NCBI GenBank assembly: GCA_017395245.1
Contig: JAFPVR010000010.1
Span: forward strand, 65,942-129,941
Length of the DNA stretch: 64,000 nt
From: Bacteroidales bacterium
GTDB lineage: Bacteria > Bacteroidota > Bacteroidia > Bacteroidales > WCHB1-69
Direction: 5' to 3'
The notes below the pieces were generated by a model. The model was not told the origin of the DNA, made no database searches, and saw nothing but the letters and a program-made list of their open reading frames with translations. Positions 53,716 through 63,014 of the stretch are shown piece after piece. Made by a program: the position numbers and the translations under genes. How positions within the stretch are numbered: position 1 is the stretch's first letter; the number at the start of each line of letters is the position of its first letter.

Positions 53716-53733
53716 TTAACAATTAATTCTTAA
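53716..53733. promoter_or_regulatory. 18-nt box 2 (TTAACAATTAATTCTTAA)
   Basis: See box 1. It lies 11 nt upstream of the start codon of the giant gene. Confidence 0.4.
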
Positions 53734-53744
53734 AAAATCACACT

Positions 53745-56700
53745 ATGAAGAAAAAGCTACAATTTCTGATGTTCTTCCTGGCATTTATCGTCACGATGAC
53801 TCTTTCGGCCCAGGAAAACAACGTTTTTCGTGTCCAATTCTCGATTGTGGACGCCACTTGCTACAATAATGGCAAGGTGGTTTATGCGCTGGTGGACAGT
53901 GCGGGCATGGTGTTGGATTCCCTGCCGCCGGGATTGTCGCAGGTGCGCGCCTACTACAAAATGTCCGAATTGGACTCTGTGCATTATGCGGGATGGTACT
54001 ATTCTGGCGGAACGGACACACTGACAGTGAATTACGGCAGCTATATCGTGGGAGTGGAGGCCTTGTTTGAGGACAATCCTGGTGATTATGTGCGGGTGGA
54101 CACGCAGACTGTGCTCACCGTTGCCACCTCCTACCAAAAGCCGACGGCAGCCGTCGTTTCCAATGTGCCGAGATTCAACCGTGAAGAGTCGGGAACGCTG
54201 TATACGGTCCCCTGCGCGAACATCGGGCGCGTGCAGCTGCGTATCCTCTACGGGCAGTTTCCGTACACGGTGACGGTCATGAACACCGCTGGCGACACGC
54301 TCCGTACCACGGTCTTTGACGGTCGGCAGTATGGCGGCACGAATGAGTCGTACTTTGATTACAAGGACTACTATTCTATTGACAGTCTCTCTGGAGGGTC
54401 GTGGACTTTCCACGTTGAGGATGGCTGTGGCTATGGTCTGCCGGATGTCAGCGCGACGGTGGAGACCTGGCCGTTGCCAAACCCTCAGAATCTTTATATT
54501 ATTGCCTCCACTGGTAATTTTTCGGACAGCAACGTTGTGCAATTGATGATTCCCTTCAGCGAGAATATTTCAGGGCTGATGGAACAAATCCATCAATATG
54601 GCCGCTACCGTTTCCGCTATGCCGGTCTCTACGAAGGCGAATGGCATCAAATGCCCTACGACACGACTGTTGTGGGTACATCCATAACCCTGTTTGACAC
54701 CGTTACCACAGCTGGAAAATATTGTGACATCTGGGGTAGGGACATTACGTTCCAATATGCGCTTGATGGGTGCGGAACCTCGAATTTCAGCAGGACTTTT
54801 CAAATCCTGAAACCGAACGAGATTTATTTTTGCAAGGATAGCACGAATGTAACCGATTCCATCCGGATGTCGTCCGAGAACTGTATTCGGGATGTTGCCT
54901 GGCATCAGGAGATGTATGCTATAAGGTATCACAAAGATGGGGTTTCCACGCAGTATGAGCCGTATCACCAATCGAGGGATGTGGAAGATGACTTCTACCG
55001 CTATCACTATACGTATCCCTTGACTTGGATCTATACGGATTTGTGTAATGGGGCCGTCGTCAAGCGCGACACGGTGGCGATTATTACGGATTATTCGTCT
55101 CTGAACGAACTGGAGGCGAGGTCGTTTTATGGTGTCCCGACCGGTTCGGCACTGATCATTCCCATGGAACGAAAACTGCTTGACGGGAAGGGCTGCGAAC
55201 TGTATGTCACGGTGGACACATTCCATTATATACGCAATGTCACTCGTGAAATGGTATGCTGGCAGCTCGATTTCAAGGATGATGGTGGCAAATGTTGTTC
55301 CAAGCCTCGGTGGGTCAAGGTTTTCAGGGTTTCTGATTTCGGGGCCAAACCCGACGGCACGGTCATACGTCTGGTGCGCAGCCCGTTCAACAATCGCTAC
55401 AATTTTGAGGCGGTCTACCACGCTGCCGACAAAACGTGGACGGTGGTGAAAGACAGTGTTGGAAATACGGCCGCTATCACGGGACAATCCGATGGTCTGG
55501 CCCTGTATATCAGCGACTATTGTCTGCCGTCCGGCCCTTACGAATTTGAGGTCACGACCCTTTGCGGCACGTCGTCAGTGACAAAAAATGTGGCGTTCAA
55601 TGACCATCAGCAGATGCGGCTTTCGGAGGAGATTGAGTGTATCACGTCGCGGGACTGCGGCAATTTGTCCATTCGCTATCCTAAGGGGGCTTACCAATGG
55701 GTGATTACCAACACCTCGTCCGAGACTGGCTTGCCGACGGATACTTTGATTCAAGGAGTTGGGATGAAGGCTTCCGTGGTTGCCGCCCCGAATGCCTCGT
55801 TGATCGGTCAGGTCAGTATAGCTCCTCCGCATTTTACCTTCTCCATGCCCGGAACCTACGTGTTGCAGTTGTGTCCGAATCTGGCGGTGGATGGTTGTTC
55901 GTCGTTCGAGTGCCGTTACGACACGTTTTATTTAGATGCCGCCACGGTGGAGTTTATTGAGGCTTTAGCTGTGGTGTGCGACACCTCTTCCACAGAGGGG
56001 AATGTTTGGGTGCGTGCCGGGCACGGAATGCCGCCCTACATCTATACGCTTTATGACCAGCCGGACAAACAGGGTAATGTATTGGCAGTCAATAATTCAG
56101 GTGTGTTTCCAAATGTGCCCATGCGAAGTGGTGAGACGCTTTCCTGTCTGGTTCAGGATTCTTGCAATGCCTACTTTCATGTGAATATCCAACCCAATAC
56201 AATGGCGAATTTGCAGAAGCTATGGTTTGATGGGGGTGTGTCGGAGACTACCGCCTGCGAGGGTTCCACAATTCAGATTCACGCCTTGGCTATCGGGGAT
56301 ATTTGGCAGTACGAGTGGTCGGGCCCGGACGGTTTCACCTCCACGTCGGCGGATCCGTATGTTTACATTCCGCGTGGCGGGGGCGACGGGTGGTATAAGG
56401 TGACCATTCGGCAGACGGGTTGTGCGGGTGCGCTTTGCGACAGCATCTACCTGACCACGCTGCCTGCCCCGAGCCTAACCCTCTCGCCCGACACCACGGT
56501 CTGTCCGGGTGAGGTGGTGAAGGTTCGCTTTACCCCGCACAGCGATGCCGGGCTTGGCGACATTCACTTCTCGATGGCCTTCGCCAACGCATTGGGGGTG
56601 CGTGTCCGCAACTATTCTGCGGCCTCCGGTGTTACGGTAACCGACACGTTCTCAACGCTTTCGATGGCCAAAATATACCCCGTTACTATTCGGGACGGCC

Positions 56701-58478
56701 AGTGTGAATACCCGTTCGCCGATGCTGGCGATACAACATATATAAGGTTGCGATCGGATGTCTCCGAAGCTTGTGACATTATCACCGCATTTGACACGGT
56801 CTGCTTTGGTGGCGATGCCCGTCTTGCGGCGGTGGCGACCGACACGTTGCCATACATTCTCCGATGGTTTGCTGACTATAATCAGAAAAAGCTTTTGAAG
56901 ACCGACACCATGATGGGTGCCGATCAATGGTCCTATTATGACACGGTGGGAATTTACAGGCCTACAATGTTGTATGTGTCGTTACAGCATGAGGGAATGT
57001 GTCCAAGTGTCAACGGGTTGATTGACAGTGTGATGGATATGTGCAATGGGGAGACAACCATCGCCTGCGGACGCCATGTCCGGTTTTATGACTCGGGCGG
57101 TCCGGACGCCGGCAGTGACGTGGACGGGACTCTCGTTCACCGCTTCCGCACCTCTGACGGTACGCGGGTGAGCCTCCACATAGACGAGGCCGATCTTGCT
57201 GGTTCTGCGCATTTGTTAGTGTTTTCAGGAGAGGAAATACGGGTGGATTCTTTGTTGCTCAATATCTCGAAAGGAAGCGGGATGCCGCAGACTGTTGTCT
57301 CTTCGGGAAATGTGCTAACCGTTTGTTTTACAGGCAATAAAACGATGAGATCGGATTGGAGTGCGGTGGTGGAGGCCGCTCCGGGTATCACCGTTGCCGA
57401 TGTTTGGAACAGTAACGCGGTGTGGTTCGAGGACGAAGTTTGCCAAAGCCAAAGTGGGGTATATGCTGACCCTTACGGCATGGTCCCGGACATTGTCTCG
57501 GTTGAGGAGGTCGCGCGGGCGGTGCGGAAGGCGGGCAACTATTTCTATACGAGGACATTCCCGGCAGCTGACAGCCACGGTTGCGACTCCACGGTGAACT
57601 TCACTCTCGTTGTCAATCCGCCGGAAGTGACGGAAACGATGGCGACAGTTGTGCGGGATACGGGCTACCTGTGGCACGACAGTGTCTATCGCGAAGGTGG
57701 CAGTCATGCGGTGCTTTCCACTTCGGTGGACGGTTGCGATCGCTTGGACGTGCTGACCCTCAGGGTTATAGACGCATCCTGTCCGAAAGCGGATGTCTGT
57801 CACGGCGACACCGTCACACTCATCGTTACGGCCGCGCTTTCGAAGGCTTTGACGAACGATACGTTGCAGCCTCGGAAAGTCAGAACTGGCGACGTGCTTT
57901 GCACCGACGGTTCAATCCTGCCAGTCGATTCGTACCTTGAAAGCGGGAAGTCTGCCAAAGGTGTCGTCTTTTTTGTTGATGAGACGGGGGTCCACGGCCG
58001 TGCGGTGGCCTTGGCGGAAGTCCAGCTGATGGCGCTACGTGCTGTTCCACCCCTTGTCTTGATAAAGCCTCACTTTTATGATAGTACCGCCATTCGAGAT
58101 AGGGATGGCGAGGCTAACACATTGAATTTGAAAGCTTTGGAAGTGGCATACGGTGGCGATGATTTTATCGCTGATGCCACCGCCGTCAGCTACTGCTACT
58201 ATTTCAATCACAATATACTTGCCCCAGACGGCGATTGGCACGGATGGTATCTGCCCTCCTATGGCGAGTTGTCGCTGATGCAATGCAATGTTTGGGAGGT
58301 TAAGCGGACCATGAATAGACTGTGCCAGCAAAACAGCGCGTACGAGCCATTTAACTCTTATTATTACTGGAGTTCGACAGTCAGTGATGACACTCGGCTT
58401 TGGAGGGTTTCCTTTAGCGGTTGGAACCCGGAAAATTGTCGTAAAGTATTTGGTGTGCGACCCGTCACAAAATTTTAA
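53745..58478 (+). CDS. giant secreted/cell-surface protein (1577 aa) with a C-terminal DUF1566 (Lcl C-terminal-like) domain
   Basis: Signal peptide MKKKLQFLMFFLAFIVTMTLSAQ. Repetitive Cys-containing beta-rich modules. C-terminal GVVFFVDETG...GWYLPSYGELSLM...YYWSST...VRPV. Confidence 0.78.
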   Translation: MKKKLQFLMFFLAFIVTMTLSAQENNVFRVQFSIVDATCYNNGKVVYALVDSAGMVLDSLPPGLSQVRAYYKMSELDSVHYAGWYYSGGTDTLTVNYGSYIVGVEALFEDNPGDYVRVDTQTVLTVATSYQKPTAAVVSNVPRFNREESGTLYTVPCANIGRVQLRILYGQFPYTVTVMNTAGDTLRTTVFDGRQYGGTNESYFDYKDYYSIDSLSGGSWTFHVEDGCGYGLPDVSATVETWPLPNPQNLYIIASTGNFSDSNVVQLMIPFSENISGLMEQIHQYGRYRFRYAGLYEGEWHQMPYDTTVVGTSITLFDTVTTAGKYCDIWGRDITFQYALDGCGTSNFSRTFQILKPNEIYFCKDSTNVTDSIRMSSENCIRDVAWHQEMYAIRYHKDGVSTQYEPYHQSRDVEDDFYRYHYTYPLTWIYTDLCNGAVVKRDTVAIITDYSSLNELEARSFYGVPTGSALIIPMERKLLDGKGCELYVTVDTFHYIRNVTREMVCWQLDFKDDGGKCCSKPRWVKVFRVSDFGAKPDGTVIRLVRSPFNNRYNFEAVYHAADKTWTVVKDSVGNTAAITGQSDGLALYISDYCLPSGPYEFEVTTLCGTSSVTKNVAFNDHQQMRLSEEIECITSRDCGNLSIRYPKGAYQWVITNTSSETGLPTDTLIQGVGMKASVVAAPNASLIGQVSIAPPHFTFSMPGTYVLQLCPNLAVDGCSSFECRYDTFYLDAATVEFIEALAVVCDTSSTEGNVWVRAGHGMPPYIYTLYDQPDKQGNVLAVNNSGVFPNVPMRSGETLSCLVQDSCNAYFHVNIQPNTMANLQKLWFDGGVSETTACEGSTIQIHALAIGDIWQYEWSGPDGFTSTSADPYVYIPRGGGDGWYKVTIRQTGCAGALCDSIYLTTLPAPSLTLSPDTTVCPGEVVKVRFTPHSDAGLGDIHFSMAFANALGVRVRNYSAASGVTVTDTFSTLSMAKIYPVTIRDGQCEYPFADAGDTTYIRLRSDVSEACDIITAFDTVCFGGDARLAAVATDTLPYILRWFADYNQKKLLKTDTMMGADQWSYYDTVGIYRPTMLYVSLQHEGMCPSVNGLIDSVMDMCNGETTIACGRHVRFYDSGGPDAGSDVDGTLVHRFRTSDGTRVSLHIDEADLAGSAHLLVFSGEEIRVDSLLLNISKGSGMPQTVVSSGNVLTVCFTGNKTMRSDWSAVVEAAPGITVADVWNSNAVWFEDEVCQSQSGVYADPYGMVPDIVSVEEVARAVRKAGNYFYTRTFPAADSHGCDSTVNFTLVVNPPEVTETMATVVRDTGYLWHDSVYREGGSHAVLSTSVDGCDRLDVLTLRVIDASCPKADVCHGDTVTLIVTAALSKALTNDTLQPRKVRTGDVLCTDGSILPVDSYLESGKSAKGVVFFVDETGVHGRAVALAEVQLMALRAVPPLVLIKPHFYDSTAIRDRDGEANTLNLKALEVAYGGDDFIADATAVSYCYYFNHNILAPDGDWHGWYLPSYGELSLMQCNVWEVKRTMNRLCQQNSAYEPFNSYYYWSSTVSDDTRLWRVSFSGWNPENCRKVFGVRPVTKF

Positions 58479-58512
58479 CTCAATTATTTTACAAACTAAT
58501 AATCAATAAGAT

Positions 58513-61500
58513 ATGAAGGACAATAAAATGATTTTGCGACTGTTCGCGCTCTTGCTCATGGTCTGGATGATGTCTGTATGCGACCTCTGTGGACAGTCTT
58601 ATAAGATTGGTGACCTTTACACCTTTGACGATGGTTCAATGGGCATTGTGTTTTACGTGAACCCCGACGACCCTGGCAGCGGTACGGTGGCGGCACTAAA
58701 CGACCTGGACGGCCAGTATGCTCTTTGGACGGGAAGTATGCCGCAGGCACTAACGGACGTTTTCGCCTCTAACGGAGGAATCTTTTTCAATTCAATCATA
58801 ACTTGGGAAAACCATGGGAAACGGTTTACGCAAGTTCTGCGGGAGTCGGGTGTCTCACCTGCCGCCAATGCCATCAATGTTGATGCCGGCTGGTATATTC
58901 CCGACATTTTGCAGCTCCAAAAGCTCTATTCCTCTACCGCTATTTTAAAAGGTGCTTTTGAAAATAATGGTGGCGACATTATGACTCTTTGGAACACGAC
59001 GCATTGGAGCGCCACCCGGATTAGCAATTCGAGTAACAAAGTGTATGCGATTCGTTATTCTCTTGGGCTGGACACGTATTATGGTACGCAGTCTTGCGCG
59101 ATCCGTCCTGTGCGTGATTTTCCAGATACAGCGGTTGTGCAGGCCTATTGGGTGGAGAACGCGCCGCACAGTGATACAGTTGTGGCTCCCGACATCACCC
59201 AATCGTACAATGCGCGGGTTATTTACCGCTCTGACACGATGTCGCTGACCGCCACGGTGACGGTGCATCAACCTGTGGTAGACACATTATACGAGGCCGT
59301 TTACAAGTCCATGTCGCCTTACACTTCGATCGTTGAACCGCTGTTCAGTGATTTAGACATTTCATTGCCAGGTGTTTATGAATATCGCGATACATTGTCA
59401 TCGGCGAACGGCTGCGACAGCATCATCGTCCTCAAGCTCACCGTCGGCAACAATGTCCGCTACGCCGACACGCTCTGCCCGCTGAAAACGGACTTCTATT
59501 TCGCGCCGTTCGACACGGTGTTTTCGGTCGGGACGGTGTCGGGGCTGTTCGAGCACCACGGTGTTAAGATGGTCGACGGTGTGCCCGTGGACACGCTGGC
59601 CTACTACGAGTTGACGATACTTCCTGATTACCAGCGGTTTGACACGGTAAGACGATGCCTGTACGAGTCTGCGGAGACGTGGCCATACGATGGCAACGCA
59701 CATGTCAGTATTGCGGTGAACGGCACCACGACGACGGTAGTTTCCGACACGGATGAGGTTGTGGTCGAGGAGGTTACGTTTGGAACGGACTATAACCTGA
59801 AGATGCAGACGTTGAGCGGCTGCGACAGCGTGACGCACCTGCATCTGGACCTGCGCCGTGTTTCCCGCGACACGGTGTACAAGAACCTGCTCATTACGCA
59901 ACTCGTTGGCGGCGCGGCGACGGTGGCCTGCCACACCTTCACGGGGATTACCGCGCCGGGAACATATGCCGCCACCGATACGTTAGTGGCGACAAATGGC
60001 TGCGACAGTATTATGACGGTCTTCTTGATGGTAGAGCCTCTGCACACGGAAACGCTGTGTGACAGCGTGTTGGCCGCAGACCTGACATGGACGGGCAACC
60101 TTTCGGGCTACACGTGGAACGGTCAGTCGTTGCCTGCTGGGGTAGGCGCGAGCGGCTATTACGAGTTCCCCGGTCAGAAAACCCTCGACGGCGGGCTGGT
60201 GGATACGGTCTCCTATTTGCAACTGGTTGTCAACCAGAAGTATGAGGTAAGGGATACGGTGTCGTTCTGCCTGTACGAGCCGGCCTTCACCACGGCATAC
60301 GATCTCAACAGTGCGGTGACAATTACGGTGGACGCTGGCGACGGCATAGCCGTGACCTCGTCGGACGCAGGGGTTGAGGTGCTGCCCGTGCCAGGTTCTG
60401 TGACCGACTTCGCATTGAAGATGCAGACGGTGAGCGGTTGTGACAGCGTGGTTTTTTTGCACATGGATGTCCGTCGTGTCTCCCGCGACACCGTCCGCCA
60501 CTACGCCTATATGCACAAGGTTGAGAGCGAGCGGATTACGGTTGACGGTCGCGAGTTCACGAACATCACGGGAGCGGGCACGTACGAGCTGCGCGACACA
60601 CTTGCGGCGGCGAACGGGTGCGACAGCATCATCGTCCTCAAGCTCACCGTCGGCAACAATGTCCGCTACGCCGACACGCTCTGCCCGCTGAAAACGGACT
60701 TCTATTTCGCGCCGTTCGACACGGTGTTTTCGGCCGGGACGGTGTCGGGGTTGTATGAGCACCACGGTGTCAAGCTGGTTGACGGCGTTTCTGTGGACAC
60801 GATGGCCTACTACGAGTTGACGATACTCCCTGAATACCAGCGGTTTGACACGGTAAGGCGGTGCCTGTACGAAACTGCCGAGACGTGGCCGTACGAGGGT
60901 GACGCACACGTCAGCATTGCGGTGGACGGCACCTCGACGACGGTGGCTTCCGACACGGATGCGGTTGTGGTCGAGGAGGTTACGTTTGGAACGGACTATA
61001 ACCTGAAGATGCAGACGGTGAGCGGTTGTGACAGCGTGGTTTTTTTGCACATGGATGTCCGTCGTGTCTCCCGCGACACCGTCCGCCACTACACCTATAT
61101 GCACCAAGTTGAGAACGAGCGGATTACGGTTGACGGTCGCGAGTTCACGGGCATCACGGGTGCGGGCACGTACGAGCTGCGTGACACACTTGTGGCGGCG
61201 AACGGGTGCGACAGTGTGGTGTTGCATGAGTTGACCGTAGAGGCTTGTGCTTCGGGGTTCACAATTCTTTGTCCGCCAGACGTTTACGACACACTGGCTT
61301 ACGGCGACTGTGCGATGACCGTCTATCCCGATCGCATCGGCACGGCGACGGTGCAATACGATGTGGCGTGGCCCTTTGCCATTAGCAACAACATGCCATC
61401 GGACAACCTTTTCGCTCAAGGCGACAATGTTATCACTTGGACGGCCACGGATTTGGCGTGCGGTGGCAGTGCCTCGTGCGAGCAGCATGTGTTCATCGCT

Positions 61501-62085
61501 TTTCCGCAATGCCCTGACGCGGTGGATTTTGAGGGCAACGTCTATCGCGGGGTGCGCGTTGGCTGCGACTGCTGGACCCAACGTAATCTGGAGTCTAAAA
61601 GATACAGCGATGGCACCGACATCTCTGGACGGTATGCATACGCGAATGTGCAATACCCTGATACAGCGGCGAATGTAGCTGTCTTCGGGCGACTTTACAG
61701 TTACGAGGCGGCGGTGCGCGACACTGCCGACAACGGTTACGGCCATGTTCAGGGTATCTGCCCGAAAGGATGGTATCTGCCAACCCCTGAAAAATACGAG
61801 GGATTGAACGCCTACGGTGCCGACGCGCTGCGGTCGCCGGATTACTGGATTATCGGCGCCGGCAACAACAGCACGGGATTTACGGCACTTCCGGCAGGCT
61901 TCTACAACGGGGAGCTTGACCGTTACGAGGGCCTCCTTACGGAAACCTATTTTTGGTCGACAAAGAGTGTTTCTCAGGAAAACCCCAAATGCCTCTATTC
62001 CATCACTTACTATTGTGATTTTGTCTTAGAGAAGCATTCATATTCCGGTCTCGGCTATAGTGTTCGCTGTATTAAGGAGAAGTGA
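58513..62085 (+). CDS. giant surface protein (1190 aa): N-terminal DUF1566 domain, three ~200-aa NGCDS-delimited repeats, C-terminal FISUMP (Fibrobacter succinogenes major paralogous) domain
   Basis: GIVFYVNPDD...GWYIPDILQL...HWSAT...IRPV. C-terminal GRLYSYEAA, CPKGWYLPT, GFTALPAGF and YFWST. Confidence 0.8.
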   Translation: MKDNKMILRLFALLLMVWMMSVCDLCGQSYKIGDLYTFDDGSMGIVFYVNPDDPGSGTVAALNDLDGQYALWTGSMPQALTDVFASNGGIFFNSIITWENHGKRFTQVLRESGVSPAANAINVDAGWYIPDILQLQKLYSSTAILKGAFENNGGDIMTLWNTTHWSATRISNSSNKVYAIRYSLGLDTYYGTQSCAIRPVRDFPDTAVVQAYWVENAPHSDTVVAPDITQSYNARVIYRSDTMSLTATVTVHQPVVDTLYEAVYKSMSPYTSIVEPLFSDLDISLPGVYEYRDTLSSANGCDSIIVLKLTVGNNVRYADTLCPLKTDFYFAPFDTVFSVGTVSGLFEHHGVKMVDGVPVDTLAYYELTILPDYQRFDTVRRCLYESAETWPYDGNAHVSIAVNGTTTTVVSDTDEVVVEEVTFGTDYNLKMQTLSGCDSVTHLHLDLRRVSRDTVYKNLLITQLVGGAATVACHTFTGITAPGTYAATDTLVATNGCDSIMTVFLMVEPLHTETLCDSVLAADLTWTGNLSGYTWNGQSLPAGVGASGYYEFPGQKTLDGGLVDTVSYLQLVVNQKYEVRDTVSFCLYEPAFTTAYDLNSAVTITVDAGDGIAVTSSDAGVEVLPVPGSVTDFALKMQTVSGCDSVVFLHMDVRRVSRDTVRHYAYMHKVESERITVDGREFTNITGAGTYELRDTLAAANGCDSIIVLKLTVGNNVRYADTLCPLKTDFYFAPFDTVFSAGTVSGLYEHHGVKLVDGVSVDTMAYYELTILPEYQRFDTVRRCLYETAETWPYEGDAHVSIAVDGTSTTVASDTDAVVVEEVTFGTDYNLKMQTVSGCDSVVFLHMDVRRVSRDTVRHYTYMHQVENERITVDGREFTGITGAGTYELRDTLVAANGCDSVVLHELTVEACASGFTILCPPDVYDTLAYGDCAMTVYPDRIGTATVQYDVAWPFAISNNMPSDNLFAQGDNVITWTATDLACGGSASCEQHVFIAFPQCPDAVDFEGNVYRGVRVGCDCWTQRNLESKRYSDGTDISGRYAYANVQYPDTAANVAVFGRLYSYEAAVRDTADNGYGHVQGICPKGWYLPTPEKYEGLNAYGADALRSPDYWIIGAGNNSTGFTALPAGFYNGELDRYEGLLTETYFWSTKSVSQENPKCLYSITYYCDFVLEKHSYSGLGYSVRCIKEK

Positions 62086-62097
62086 GGTTCGTTTATT

Positions 62098-62184
62098 CAA
62101 GAACCTATGTTCGTTGACTCATGAACCTGTGTTCGTGGGCTCATGAACCTATGTTCGTGGGCTCATGAACACTATGTTCGTTTG
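62098..62184. repeat. four tandem ~22-nt units, each with a GAAC-N4-GTTC dyad
   Basis: CAAGAACCTATGTTCGTTGA / CTCATGAACCTGTGTTCGTGGG / CTCATGAACCTATGTTCGTGGG / CTCATGAACACTATGTTCGTTTG. Confidence 0.85.
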
Positions 62185-62244
62185 CGGGAGAATAATAGGT
62201 GCGTGTTACCGCTTTTTTTCAAATGTGCAGGTCGAAAAAAAGTG

Positions 62245-62252
62245 TACTTTTG
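62245..62252 (+). promoter_or_regulatory. Bacteroidota-type -7 promoter box (TAnnTTTG)
   Basis: TACTTTTG, 24 nt upstream of the ATG at 62277. Confidence 0.5.
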
Positions 62253-62276
62253 CGCTTTGTTAAAAAAATCAGAGCA

Positions 62277-62972
62277 ATGGGATACATGATTATTTTTGTG
62301 GTGCTGATGATCGCGAGCCTCATCATCCAAAAAACGTTAACCTCGCGAATGGAGAAATACTCGAAAGTGCCGCTCAGCAGTGGCTTGTCCGGCAAGGAAG
62401 TGGCCGAGAAAATGTTGAGAGACAATGGTATATACGACGTGCAGGTTACGTGTACGAGCGGTTATCTCACCGACCACTATGATCCGACAAAGAAGACGGT
62501 GAATCTCAGCGAGGGCGTTTTCGAAGGTCGCAACATCGCTTCGGCAGCGGTTGCAGCGCACGAGTGCGGACACGCCGTGCAGCACGCCACCGCCTATAAA
62601 TGGCTCACCATGCGCTCCAAGCTGGTGCCTGCCACGCAGATTGGTTCACAGCTGTCACAGTGGGTGCTGCTCGCTGGTATTCTCCTGCTGAGTTTCCAAA
62701 GGTTGGCTAATCTTGGCTACTGGGTGCTGCTCGTTGGCATTGCCTTCTTCGCCATCACCACGCTCTTTGCCATCATCACGCTGCCTGTGGAGTACAACGC
62801 CTCCGCTCGCGCTGTGGAATGGCTCGACTCTCATGCGATTACAACGGGCGAAGAGACCGCCATGGCCAAGGATGGCCTCAAGTGGGCCGCCCGCACTTAC
62901 CTTATCGCTGCCATCTCCTCGTTAGCCACCCTGCTGTATTATATCATGATTTTCCTCGGAAGACGGGATTAG
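62277..62972 (+). CDS. membrane zinc metallopeptidase (PF04298-type neutral zinc metallopeptidase)
   Basis: N-terminal TM helix, AAHECGHAVQH (HExxH) and C-terminal TM helices. Confidence 0.8.
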   Translation: MGYMIIFVVLMIASLIIQKTLTSRMEKYSKVPLSSGLSGKEVAEKMLRDNGIYDVQVTCTSGYLTDHYDPTKKTVNLSEGVFEGRNIASAAVAAHECGHAVQHATAYKWLTMRSKLVPATQIGSQLSQWVLLAGILLLSFQRLANLGYWVLLVGIAFFAITTLFAIITLPVEYNASARAVEWLDSHAITTGEETAMAKDGLKWAARTYLIAAISSLATLLYYIMIFLGRRD

Positions 62973-63014
62973 TTAAGGTTTAAGGGTCAAAAGTCAAAAG
63001 TCAAAACTCAAAGT
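62973..63014. repeat. six heptamers exactly filling the 42-nt spacer between stop and next start
   Basis: TTAAGGT TTAAGGG TCAAAAG TCAAAAG TCAAAAC TCAAAGT, then the ATG at 63015. Confidence 0.9.
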
